Assembly (NCBI GenBank): GCA_964574865.1
Contig: CAZNOT010000001.1
Span: 1-61,611, forward strand
DNA length: 61,611 nt
Source of the DNA: an uncultured Candidatus Saccharibacteria bacterium
Lineage (GTDB): Bacteria > Patescibacteriota > Minisyncoccia > Phycocordibacterales > JAACPR01
Direction of reading: 5' to 3'
The notes below the pieces were generated by a model. It searched no databases. It had not been told where the DNA came from and saw nothing but the letters and a program-made list of their open reading frames with translations. The position numbers and the translations under genes are program-made. Of this stretch, positions 29,907 through 42,183 are shown piece after piece; position 1 is the first letter of the stretch, and the number at the start of each line of letters is the position of its first letter.

Positions 29907-29911
29907 ATGCT

Positions 29912-31021
29912 CTACTCCCCCGCTTTCTCCCGCGCCATCTCCGTCTGCTTGCGGCGCTCAAGGTCGAGGAGGAGCTCCATGCCGACGGCGGCGAGCGGCA
30001 CCGAGAGGAGCATGCCGATGAAGCCGGCGAGCTTGGCGCCGATGACGAGCGCGAGGATGGCGACCACGGACGGGATGCCGACGATCTTCTTCACCACGAG
30101 CGGCTGGAGCAGGTTGTTCTCGAACTGCTGCACGAGCACGTAGACCGCGAGGACGGCGAGGCCGAGGCTGGTGCCGCCCGCGGAGAACGAGAGCGTCACC
30201 GCCGGGATAGCCGCGAGAATCGGCCCCACGACCGGCACGAGCTCGAGCACGCCCGCGAGGAGAGCGAGGAGGAGCGGCGAGGGCACCGGAGTGCCCACGA
30301 GGGCGCCGACGAGCGAGAGGGCGAGGTAGGTCATGAGCCCCACGAGCACGCCGAGGATGAGCTGCCCCTGCATCCAGAGGCCGATCTTACGCTGCGCGCG
30401 CACCCAGAGGTCGAGCGCGTAGACCTCGTGCTGCGCGGGCACGACGATGCGCAGGAAATTCTCGACGCCGCGCTCCTGCGCCGCGAGGTAGAACGAGAGC
30501 ACGATGATGAGCGCGAACGAGAGGAGGCCGCCGAAGACGGTCGAGGCGGTCGCGAAGACGGAGTAGGTCGCGCCGGAGACAGGGCCCTCGAGCGAGGATA
30601 GGAGGTTGCCCTTCGCGAGCTCGGCGCCGAGGCCATCGAGGAAAGACGGCACGGCCGGGAGGCTACCGATCGTCTCGGTCTCGCCGAGCGACTCGAGGAG
30701 GCCGGGCAGGCGCTCGGCGAGGGTACGCGCCTCGGAAATGAAGGTCGGCGCGAATTGCGTCGAGAGCAGCGCGAAGAATCCTGCGCCCGCGAGGTAGACG
30801 GCGAGGACGGAGAGCGTGCGCGGGATTCGCATGCGGCTGCGCTGGAGCGCGCGCGTCAGCGGGTCGATGGCCGCCGCGATGACGACGGCGGCGAGCACGA
30901 CGAGGACGACGTCGCGCAGCGCGTCGGCCGCGGCGGCGAGCGCGAGCGCGACGAAGAACTTGAGAAGCGCGCCGCCACTCACGTTCACGACGATCGACGG
31001 GCTCTCTGTTTTCTTGGCCAT
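29912..31021 (-). CDS. AI-2E family transporter (PerM/UPF0118)
   Basis: The 369-aa polytopic protein runs from the ATG at 31021 (MAKKTESPS...). The track ORF continues upstream to 32044 only as an R/P-rich shadow that overlaps the M16 peptidase gene. Confidence 0.8.
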   Translation of the reverse strand: MAKKTESPSIVVNVSGGALLKFFVALALAAAADALRDVVLVVLAAVVIAAAIDPLTRALQRSRMRIPRTLSVLAVYLAGAGFFALLSTQFAPTFISEARTLAERLPGLLESLGETETIGSLPAVPSFLDGLGAELAKGNLLSSLEGPVSGATYSVFATASTVFGGLLSFALIIVLSFYLAAQERGVENFLRIVVPAQHEVYALDLWVRAQRKIGLWMQGQLILGVLVGLMTYLALSLVGALVGTPVPSPLLLALLAGVLELVPVVGPILAAIPAVTLSFSAGGTSLGLAVLAVYVLVQQFENNLLQPLVVKKIVGIPSVVAILALVIGAKLAGFIGMLLSVPLAAVGMELLLDLERRKQTEMAREKAGE

Positions 31022-31053
31022 GCGCGACAATTCTAGCACCGGGCCGCGAGGCG

Positions 31054-32346
31054 CTAGCGGAGGTTCTCCACGAGCGCGCGGGCGAGCATAGACTCGCCGC
31101 CGGCGGGCCCGACGAGGGCGAGGTTTGCGCGCGACGGCACGAACGTCTTGGCGGCGGCGCGCTTCAGGTCGCCCGCGGTCACGGCGCGCACGCGCGCGAG
31201 CCACGCGGACGGCGCCTCGGGCGCGCGGGCGAGGAGCGCTTCGTCGGCCCATCGGAGCGCCACCGCCTCGGAAGTCTCGAGGCCAGTCGTGAAGGTCGAA
31301 GCGTAGTACTCCTTCGCCTTCGCGAGCTCGGCGCGCGAGAGTGGCTCGCGCGCGAGGCGCGAGAGCTCTCCGCCGATCGCGGCTACCGCTTCGTCGACGC
31401 GGTCGGCCGCGACACCGACGGACACGGTGAACGAGCCGCTGGAGGATTCCGGGTGGTAGTCGGCCTCGGCGTAGTAGCAGAGGCCGCGCTCGGCGCGGAG
31501 CGCGAGGTTGAGGCGGGACGACATCCCCTGCCCCGCGACCGTCTGGAGGAGCGCCCACGCGGGCTCGGTGCGGTGGCCGAGGCCCGGCGCGGCGAACGCG
31601 AGCGCGAGGTGCGCCTGGTCGGTCTGACGCCGGGTGACGCGGACGCGCGGGCGCGACTGGCGCACGACGGCGCGCGGCAGCTCGGCGCGCCGGCCACGAG
31701 GCAGACCGCGGAGCGCCTCCTCGGCCACGCGGAACACCTCGGCGGCCTCGACCGGACCCGAGACCACGACGACCGAGTTGCGGGCCACGTAGTGGCGGTC
31801 GCGGAAGCGGAGCAGCGCGGCGCGCCCGAAGCGGCGCACGTTCGCTTTCGTGCCGAGAATCGGGCGGCCCGCCGCGTGGCCGCGGAAGAGGAGCTCGCGG
31901 GCAATTTCGGGCGCGCGGATGTCGGGCCGGTCGGCGTCGGCGTTGATTTCCTCGGTCACGACGCCGCGCTCCTTGCCGATTTCTTCCTCTGGGAAAGTGG
32001 AGCGCGCGAAGGACTCCCCCACGAGCGCGAGGAGCTCGCGCCACGCCCGGACGGGACCCTTGGCGTAGAACGCGACCGTCTCGTTGGAAGTCTCGGCGTC
32101 CGCTTGGCCGCCCAAGGCCTCAACCGCAACGTTCCAGTCGCGGTACGAGCGAGCCTCGGTGCCCTTGAAGCACATATGCTCGAGGAAGTGCGCCAGGCCA
32201 GAATCGGCCTTTTTCTCGAGGTTCGAGCCGGCCCGGGCGGCCACCAGCACGGTCGCGGTCGGCCCCGGGTGCGGCACGCAAATGACTTTCAGGCCCGACG
32301 GCAGCACCTTGACGAATTTACGATTTGCTGGCGACGAGGTGGTCAT
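31054..32346 (-). CDS. M16-family zinc peptidase (pitrilysin/insulinase-like)
   Basis: It has the inverted zincin motif HFLEHMCFKG and a two-domain M16 length (430 aa). Confidence 0.85.
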   Translation of the reverse strand: MTTSSPANRKFVKVLPSGLKVICVPHPGPTATVLVAARAGSNLEKKADSGLAHFLEHMCFKGTEARSYRDWNVAVEALGGQADAETSNETVAFYAKGPVRAWRELLALVGESFARSTFPEEEIGKERGVVTEEINADADRPDIRAPEIARELLFRGHAAGRPILGTKANVRRFGRAALLRFRDRHYVARNSVVVVSGPVEAAEVFRVAEEALRGLPRGRRAELPRAVVRQSRPRVRVTRRQTDQAHLALAFAAPGLGHRTEPAWALLQTVAGQGMSSRLNLALRAERGLCYYAEADYHPESSSGSFTVSVGVAADRVDEAVAAIGGELSRLAREPLSRAELAKAKEYYASTFTTGLETSEAVALRWADEALLARAPEAPSAWLARVRAVTAGDLKRAAAKTFVPSRANLALVGPAGGESMLARALVENLR

Positions 32347-32465
32347 GGGAGCCGGAATTTACCCCCTACGGGAGGGGGCGGCAAATTTGACCAAAACCAC
32401 CTAAAGTGGCGATAAAATTTACGTGATTCTTGCCAAAAACTCCGTTCGCGGGTAAGCCTGTGCCA

Positions 32466-32909
32466 ATGAGCACACGCACACACGAAACGATTCGCGCCGC
32501 CCTCCTGCTAGCGGCAACCGAGGGGCTGTTCCCCTACGACGATCTCGGCCTACTGAGCCCGCCCGTACCGGTCCTCGGGCACGGCTGCAAGGAGAGCGCG
32601 CCGAGGGTGGCCCGACTCATCGGCTGGCTGACGCGCGTCAAAGCCGAGGACGAACCAGAAGACGGCGCGGCGGAGCGCCTCTACTTTGTCTCGCTCGAGA
32701 CGGAGGACGTGGTGGTCACGCTAAAGCCAGAGGGTCGAGACCGCTTCAGCGGGTACGAGCCGATGAGGGCTATCCAGATCGAATTCTGGAGGCGCTACGG
32801 GTTTCGGATCAGCTTTCGGAACAAGCTCACGTACGAGTGGGACGTCGGCGACGTGACCTCCCTCATCGAGCCGCTGCTGCCTCCCGAGGCGATCACGGGG
32901 AGACAGTGA
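32466..32909 (+). CDS. hypothetical protein
   Basis: It is an isolated plus-strand ORF with non-shadow composition. The ATG at 32466 is preferred over the TTG at 32430. No family was recognised. Confidence 0.4.
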   Translation: MSTRTHETIRAALLLAATEGLFPYDDLGLLSPPVPVLGHGCKESAPRVARLIGWLTRVKAEDEPEDGAAERLYFVSLETEDVVVTLKPEGRDRFSGYEPMRAIQIEFWRRYGFRISFRNKLTYEWDVGDVTSLIEPLLPPEAITGRQ

Positions 32910-32946
32910 TCGCGCCGGCCGCTCCGCAACGGGGCGGCTTTTCTTT

Positions 32947-34335
32947 TTATGCCCGAAGCTTCGCGGCGAGATCCGCAATCGCGACGCGCTCCTGCTCGCC
33001 CGAGTCGCGGTGGCGGAGCGTGACGGTGTCGAGCGGATTGTCTTTGCCCTCCACGGTGTCGAAGTCGACGGTGACGCAGTACGGCGTGCCGATCTCATCC
33101 TGGCGGCGGTAGCGCTTGCCGATGTTGCCGTTGTCGTCGTAGGCGACGCGGCCCGGGAACGCGGCGCGGAGCTGAGCGCGAACCTCTTTCGCCTTCTCGA
33201 CGAGCTGCGGCTTGTTCTTGAGCAAGGGTGAGACGCAGACGAGGAACGGCGCGACCGCTGGCGCGAGCCTTAGGAACACGCGCGGCTCGCCGCCGAGCTC
33301 GTCCTCGGCGTAGGCGTCCGCGAGGACGGCGAGCACGGCGCGGTCGACGCCGAAGGACGGCTCGACGACGTGCGGCACGAGGCGCTCTTTGGTCTCCTCG
33401 TCGAAGTACGAGAGATCCTTGCCCGAGCGCGCCTGGTGCGCCGAGAGGTCGAAGTCGGTGCGGTACGCGAGGCCGTAGAGCTCCTTGCGGCCGAACGGGT
33501 AATCGAACTCGAAGTCGATGGTGCGCTTCGAGTAGTGCGCGCGGTCTTCGGCCGCGACCTCGAGCTCGTGCACTTTCTCCTGCGCGAGGCCGATGTCTCT
33601 CGTGTACTCCCACATTTCCTTGCGGAGCTCCTCGAAGGCAGCCTCCCACTCCCCAGGCTTCACGAAGTACTCGATCTCCATCTGCTCGAGCTCGCGCAGG
33701 CGGAAGATGAAGTCGCGCGGGGCAATCTCGTTGCGGAAAGCCTTGCCGATCTGCGCGAGGCCGAACGGCAGCTTCGGGTGGAAGGAATCGACGACGTTCT
33801 TGAAGTTCACGAACATGCCGCCGGCGGTCTCGGGGCGGAGGTACGAGACCGATGTGTCGTCCTCGATTGCGCCGACGTGGGTCTTGAGCATCATGTTGAA
33901 CTGGCGCACGTCGCCGAGCGCGTTCCCGTCCGGGCTCTTGACCCCCTTCTCCTTGATGAGCGCGTCCATGTCGGCCGCCTTCATACCCTTCGGGTCGACG
34001 CCCGCAGCCTCGAGCAGGTGGTCGGCGCGGTAGCGCTTTTTCGTCTCGAGATCTTCGACGAGCGGGTCGGCGAAACCGGCGACGTGGCCAGACGCCTCCC
34101 AGGCGGCTGGGTTCATGAGGATGGCCGCGTCGACGCCGTACATGTCATCGCGGTTCTGAACGAAGCGCGCCCACCAGAGCGATTTAATGTTCTGCTTGAG
34201 CGCGACGCCGAGCGGGCCAAAATCCCAGGTTCCGGCGAGTCCGCCGTAGATTTCAGAGCCCTGGTAAATGAAGCCCTTGCGCTTGCAGAGCGACACCAGC
34301 TTCTCCATCACGTTCTCGGGGCCATTGGTTTCCAT
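32947..34335 (-). CDS. glyQS: glycyl-tRNA synthetase (dimeric class II, GlyQS type)
   Basis: It contains KRKGFIYQGSEIYGG, FRNEIAPR, and the anticodon-binding tail IGKRYRRQDEIGTPYCVTVD. The start was set at the ATG at 34335, 7 nt downstream of a CAGAAT box. Confidence 0.9.
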   Translation of the reverse strand: METNGPENVMEKLVSLCKRKGFIYQGSEIYGGLAGTWDFGPLGVALKQNIKSLWWARFVQNRDDMYGVDAAILMNPAAWEASGHVAGFADPLVEDLETKKRYRADHLLEAAGVDPKGMKAADMDALIKEKGVKSPDGNALGDVRQFNMMLKTHVGAIEDDTSVSYLRPETAGGMFVNFKNVVDSFHPKLPFGLAQIGKAFRNEIAPRDFIFRLRELEQMEIEYFVKPGEWEAAFEELRKEMWEYTRDIGLAQEKVHELEVAAEDRAHYSKRTIDFEFDYPFGRKELYGLAYRTDFDLSAHQARSGKDLSYFDEETKERLVPHVVEPSFGVDRAVLAVLADAYAEDELGGEPRVFLRLAPAVAPFLVCVSPLLKNKPQLVEKAKEVRAQLRAAFPGRVAYDDNGNIGKRYRRQDEIGTPYCVTVDFDTVEGKDNPLDTVTLRHRDSGEQERVAIADLAAKLRA

Positions 34336-34342
34336 GGGCGGC

Positions 34343-34371
34343 ATTCTGCCCCGAGGAGAGCGAAGTAACAA
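34343..34371 (-). promoter_or_regulatory. candidate glyQS promoter (TTGTTA-N17-CAGAAT), probably giving a leaderless mRNA
   Basis: The hexamers lie on the minus strand. The -10 box ends 7 nt before the ATG at 34335. The -35 block TTGTTACTTCGC is identical to the one upstream of secD. Confidence 0.45.
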
Positions 34372-34448
34372 GCAACGGGTAAAAAGTAACAAGTTCGGGC
34401 CAGGGCCGGTACTTGTTACCTATTACTTTTTACCTGTTGCTTCGCTCA
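34358..34448. repeat. AT-rich heptamer-periodic imperfect palindrome, copy B
   Basis: It has two arms of about 37 nt (gagcgaagtaacaagcaacgggtaaaaagtaacaagt / acttgttacctattactttttacctgttgcttcgctc) around a GC-rich centre. It starts at the stop codon of the upstream gene. Confidence 0.75.
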
Positions 34449-36338
34449 GGGAACAACCTTCCCGTTATTCTCCGCCAAATCCGAGGTCGAGAGCGCGTCG
34501 CTCTGCACGTTAACCTCGGCGCCGGCGAACGTGTCGTTGCCAACGAAGGTGACGACGCCGTGGATCGGCACCGAGTTGCCCTCGTAGGTAATCGAGGGGA
34601 CGAGCGTGACATCGAACGAGGCGCGGCGGTCCGGCTTGCCGTACCCGGCTCCACCGGCCACGTTACCCACGCGCCACGTGACGCGGCGGCTAGCGGGGTC
34701 GTAGGAAACGTCTTCGGACGACACGTTGCCGACCCACTCGACGAGCGGCGAGAGTACCGCCGAAGCCGAGCCCGACGAGATGTCGCTCGAAGTGTTCTGG
34801 AGGACCCACGTGAGGCGGTACCCGGTCGCCGCGTCCACCTTCGGCGGGTTCGCGCCGGTGCGGTACGCGATCGACGGCGCGACGTCGACGACGGTGAGGA
34901 GCTTGATGCGTTTGAACAGGTTTGCCACCAGCTGCTCGGGCACGTTCTCGTCGAAGACGCGGCGTCCGTTCGCCTCGGCGTCGATGGTGATTTCGGGGTT
35001 AGCGAAGACTGCGGTCCCCCCAGCGAGCGGCTCAGATTGGAACCCGAAGCCGAGCCAGACCGTGTCGCCCGGTGGGATTTCCGCGAGATCTGCGTTCGTC
35101 GTCTTGTCCCAGTGGACGACGTTGTCGGCCGAACGGTAGACGCCGTTCGAAACCTCGACGGAGCGCTCGTCGAGCGCGATACCAGCCATCGTCATCGAAA
35201 CCTCGGCGTCGAGAATCGGGCCTGTCGTGTTGTTGACCAGCGCGAGGCGCGCGGCGATTTGGTCTTGGCTCCACTGCACGACCTCGGGCGCGACCGCGCC
35301 GTCGAGCGCGAGGATGAGATCGAGGAAGGGGCGCGAGACGGCGACCTCGACGGCGCGGGTGCCGTACGGTACGGCGACCTCGGTCGAAGTGGCCGACTCG
35401 AGCGCGCCGGCGGAGAAGCGGAACACGCGCAGGTCGCCGTGGGCGCCGTCGAGGCGACCGGTGATGGTGACCTCGCGGGTCTGCCCCGGCGCGAGCGTCT
35501 CGAAGACCCAGAGGTTCGGCTCGCGCGGCGCCTCGCTCATTTCGTCGACGGCGAAGCCGAACGGCAGCTCGACCGAGAGCCCGATGGGGCCGAGCGGCGC
35601 GGTCGCGTTCGACGAAACCTTCGCGACGAGCGCGAGCGGCTGACCTGGGGTGATCTCCGAGAGCGCGTCGACCGTGAGGCGCACGGGCGCCGCGGAGAGC
35701 GCGACCTCGTAGTATCGCTCCTTCTCGAAAATGGTCGCAGAGTTCGGCGAGCGGTACTCGAGCGCAATCTTGAACTCGCGGCGCTCGCCCTCGTCGCCGA
35801 AGAGCCCGACCGCGACGGCCTGGCGGCGCGTCTCACCCGGCGCGATGTCGCCGATCGGGATGCGCAGGCGCGGCAGATCGTCGCGCAAAGTCTCCGCGTC
35901 GCGGGTGCCGGCCGGCATTTCGACCACGAGGTCGGCGAGGCGCACGCCGATCGGGCTCAAGTTCTGGATAACGACGTCGAAAGCGTAAACCTCCCCACCC
36001 GAGGCGCTCGATGGCCCGACCACCGACAAGCGGATATCCTCGGTACCCTGCTCGACGCCCGGGAGCCCTGGGCCGAGCTTCCAAAAGCCGTAGCCGGCGG
36101 CGAGGAGGAAGAACCCGAGCGCCGCGAGGAAGATGGCGCCGAAGAGGCTCCGGGGCTTACGGCGTAACGACGCGGCGTAGTCGTCGGCCGAGACCGACTC
36201 GCCCGCGGCCCATTCGGGCACGGCGCCGGTCTTGTGCTCCCTTAGCTGACGGCGAGGGCGCACGTCGAACTTCGCCTGGGGCGAGTACAGCTTCTCTTCG
36301 GCGCCGGCGCGGCGGTTGAGGTTTGGCTTGCGGAACAT
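34446..36338 (-). CDS. large membrane-anchored extracellular protein (hypothetical)
   Basis: From the ATG at 36338 (MFRKPNLN...) it has a basic cytoplasmic tail, one TM segment (LFGAIFLAALGFFLLAAGYGFW), and about 540 aa of beta-rich repeats. The upstream part of the track ORF is an R/H/A-rich shadow. Confidence 0.6.
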   Translation of the reverse strand: MFRKPNLNRRAGAEEKLYSPQAKFDVRPRRQLREHKTGAVPEWAAGESVSADDYAASLRRKPRSLFGAIFLAALGFFLLAAGYGFWKLGPGLPGVEQGTEDIRLSVVGPSSASGGEVYAFDVVIQNLSPIGVRLADLVVEMPAGTRDAETLRDDLPRLRIPIGDIAPGETRRQAVAVGLFGDEGERREFKIALEYRSPNSATIFEKERYYEVALSAAPVRLTVDALSEITPGQPLALVAKVSSNATAPLGPIGLSVELPFGFAVDEMSEAPREPNLWVFETLAPGQTREVTITGRLDGAHGDLRVFRFSAGALESATSTEVAVPYGTRAVEVAVSRPFLDLILALDGAVAPEVVQWSQDQIAARLALVNNTTGPILDAEVSMTMAGIALDERSVEVSNGVYRSADNVVHWDKTTNADLAEIPPGDTVWLGFGFQSEPLAGGTAVFANPEITIDAEANGRRVFDENVPEQLVANLFKRIKLLTVVDVAPSIAYRTGANPPKVDAATGYRLTWVLQNTSSDISSGSASAVLSPLVEWVGNVSSEDVSYDPASRRVTWRVGNVAGGAGYGKPDRRASFDVTLVPSITYEGNSVPIHGVVTFVGNDTFAGAEVNVQSDALSTSDLAENNGKVVP

Positions 36339-36557
36339 CCGGCCCGAAGTTTTGCGCCGCGGCCCCGCCGGGGCCGCGGCGCTCTTCCCCACGCGCGGAA
36401 CGCTGACACCCGCCCAGCGCGCCGTTGACACCGCGGAGCCTGCCGCGTAGGAAGGGTGCGGAACCGGCTCTCCGCCGGCCGCCTGCGTATGCAGCGCGAG
36501 GGCGACAGGAGCACCCGCCGATTGGCGCTCCGAGAAAAACAAACAAAAGGAGGCCGT

Positions 36558-36875
36558 ATGGCCGAGAGAACGAGAACAATGACGGACCACGTGAACGGCG
36601 GTCCGGGACGCGAGCTGATCGCGACAGCGATCGAGAGGCTGATGGGCGACCAGACGCCACCCACGCTCGTGGTCGGCGGGTACCGGGCGTACCGCGTGCG
36701 ACCGACGAGCATCGTGGTGCGCGCCACCCCGCAAGGTCCCCGCGTCGACATCGACGGGGTCGGCGAGTACCCGGCGAGCATGGAGGGTGGGGCTCCGCTG
36801 AACGGCGTGCGCATCCGAGTGCGCAGCTACTGCCCGCAGACGCGCCGCGCGCCGAAAATCGAACAGGTCCTGTGA
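36558..36875 (+). CDS. small hypothetical protein (105 aa)
   Basis: The ATG is preceded by AAAGGAGG at a 5-nt spacing, the clearest Shine-Dalgarno sequence I saw in the window. Its composition is non-shadow, and it is convergent with recO. Confidence 0.5.
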   Translation: MAERTRTMTDHVNGGPGRELIATAIERLMGDQTPPTLVVGGYRAYRVRPTSIVVRATPQGPRVDIDGVGEYPASMEGGAPLNGVRIRVRSYCPQTRRAPKIEQVL

Positions 36876-36915
36876 GGTCACCGTCCCGCTGGTTCGCCGG
36901 CGGGATTTTCTTTTA

Positions 36916-37500
36916 CTACAGGTGGCTGGCGGCGAGGGCTTCGTTGATGGCTAGGATCGCCTCGGAGCGGAGGCCGAGCGCGATTTCGGCGGTGGCCTCG
37001 TCGAGGGTGCCGGGCTCGGCGAGGGGTTCCAGCGCGGCGGTGGCGCGCAGGTACCCGAGGCCGCGGAGGACGCGCAGCGCGCAGACGGTCTCGGCGGCAT
37101 CGAGCGTACGGGGCTGGCGGGCGGTGGCGGCGAAACGCGCGAGCGAGAGGAGCGCCGGGAAAAGCGCGCCACCGTCGCCCTCACCTTTCGCGAGGCGCGC
37201 CACGAGCCGCGCGGCGCGGGTCACCGACGGCAGGCCGCCAGACGCGAGGAGCGCCGGAAAGTGCTGCTCGATGAGCACGACGTTCGTGAGCCGCCACTCC
37301 CCCTTGCCGCGCACGAGGTACGCCTTCACCAAGGACCAGTCCTCGAGCGCGCCGCGCAGCTTCGACGAAATCTGCCGCACGCCGCGCACCCGAGCGCGAA
37401 CGAGGCCGAGCTCGGGCGACAGGAGCGCGACCACGCGGTCGCGCTCCCCCACGGCCGCGCCGCCGAGGATGAGGGCGTCTGTTTCGAGGACTTGGTGCAC
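36916..37500 (-). CDS. recO: DNA repair protein RecO (short form)
   Basis: It contains ETDALILGGAAVGERDRVVALLSPELGLVRARVRGVRQISSKLRGALE. A GTG start at 37500 lies just after a TACAAT box and after the upstream gene's terminator hairpin. An alternative ATG start is at 37551. Confidence 0.65.
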   Translation of the reverse strand: MHQVLETDALILGGAAVGERDRVVALLSPELGLVRARVRGVRQISSKLRGALEDWSLVKAYLVRGKGEWRLTNVVLIEQHFPALLASGGLPSVTRAARLVARLAKGEGDGGALFPALLSLARFAATARQPRTLDAAETVCALRVLRGLGYLRATAALEPLAEPGTLDEATAEIALGLRSEAILAINEALAASHL

Positions 37501-37550
37501 GGGGAAATTGTACCCTGGCCCGTAAAAGAAAAGTCGCCACAAGGGCGACA

Positions 37551-38018
37551 TCAAGGAAGGAGCCGAAGCTGTCCGGTTTGCAGCATGTAAAGGAGCATCA
37601 GATCGATTTCCTCTGCCAGAGAGAGCCGCCGGTCTATGTAGACCGCGGCTTGGCGGCAGGCTTCCACGAGCCCTTCTAGGCGATTGCCGCCGCACGCGCT
37701 CAGGAGCGCGCCGATCGGGATATGCGCCATCACGCTGCACGGCCCGAGCAAGGTGAGCGCGATTCGCCGGCGCGACTCGGTCGGAAACACGCTGGCAATC
37801 TCTGCGGCAGAGAAAAGCGGCGAGCGGTCCCTGACGGTTCGCCGCACATCCATCTCGCAGATTCGTTCTGGGAAACCGTCGAGCGGGTGCGTCCTGAGAG
37901 TCAGCTCAATTCTGCCAATCACGAGGTTGATTAGGCGCTCCGCGAGCGCTTCTTGGATTTGGGCTATTAGGTCCATAGGGAAAGATGCTTGATCCCAAAC
38001 TACGGGGCCAGCTGGCAA
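37551..38018 (-). CDS. hypothetical protein
   Basis: The 155-aa ORF starts with TTG 7 nt after the ileS stop (alternative ATG at 37976). Its composition is not shadow-like, and no family was recognised. Confidence 0.4.
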   Translation of the reverse strand: MPAGPVVWDQASFPMDLIAQIQEALAERLINLVIGRIELTLRTHPLDGFPERICEMDVRRTVRDRSPLFSAAEIASVFPTESRRRIALTLLGPCSVMAHIPIGALLSACGGNRLEGLVEACRQAAVYIDRRLSLAEEIDLMLLYMLQTGQLRLLP

Positions 38019-38025
38019 ACGTCAA

Positions 38026-41568
<3,543 letters not shown>

Positions 41569-41657
41569 AGCATTTTCCGGGAAATTGAAAGCTGGGTAGC
41601 GGCAGAGCGGCCCCGGCGCTTCGCGCCGGGGCCGCCCAAAAAATCTGACGGTCCGAC

Positions 41658-42032
41658 CTAGGCCATCGGCGACGGACTCGACGGGGCCGACGGAGCGACC
41701 GAGCCGCCAGAGCGCGACACGCCCAGGAGCACCACCGCGAGCACGAGGTGCAGGTAGTTGTCCGCGTCGTTCACGTGCACGAGGCCGAGCAGCTTGCCCT
41801 CGCCCATCACAAAGCCGAGGGCGGCGACAATCAGGTAGATGACGCCGACCGCGCGCAGGCTGCTCTTGCCGGAGGCGAGGAGCAGGATAAGGCCCAGCGC
41901 GATGTGGACGATGTTGTGGGCTAGGTCTGCCTCGAAGAGGCCAGAGGCTCCGACGATCGGGTTATCGAAAAAGCCAAGGATGCCGATGAGGACAAAGACG
42001 GCGCCAAAGACTCGAGAGAGGGTAGCGGCCAT
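41658..42032 (-). CDS. small membrane protein, DUF4383-like
   Basis: From the ATG at 42032 it has four TM helices and the segments FGAVFVLIGILGFF...HNIVHIALG. The family assignment is from memory. Confidence 0.55.
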   Translation of the reverse strand: MAATLSRVFGAVFVLIGILGFFDNPIVGASGLFEADLAHNIVHIALGLILLLASGKSSLRAVGVIYLIVAALGFVMGEGKLLGLVHVNDADNYLHLVLAVVLLGVSRSGGSVAPSAPSSPSPMA

Positions 42033-42183
42033 TTGAATAGGTGGGGGGTTAGGGGGTGACGCCGCGAAAAGAGGCGTCACCAAAATCCTACCCCCGCTCC
42101 TTCCCCAGCGGGAATCGGTATCCCCAGACGAACTCCCGGTGTTCGTCGCCTAAAAATTTTACTTTGCCCTATTGGGGCGTTAG

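Noticed and set aside
31022-32044. A 5' extension of the AI-2E transporter ORF, giving a 710-aa protein.
   Set aside because: The extension is Arg/Pro/Ala-rich and fully overlaps the M16 peptidase gene in another frame. The transporter sequence proper starts at MAKKTESPS (31021).
36339-36881. An N-terminal 181-aa extension of the large extracellular protein ORF.
   Set aside because: It has shadow-type composition (R/H/A/V-rich). It overlaps a better small plus-strand ORF that has a strong RBS. The sequence from MFRKPN onward has the expected organisation of cytoplasmic tail, TM segment and ectodomain.
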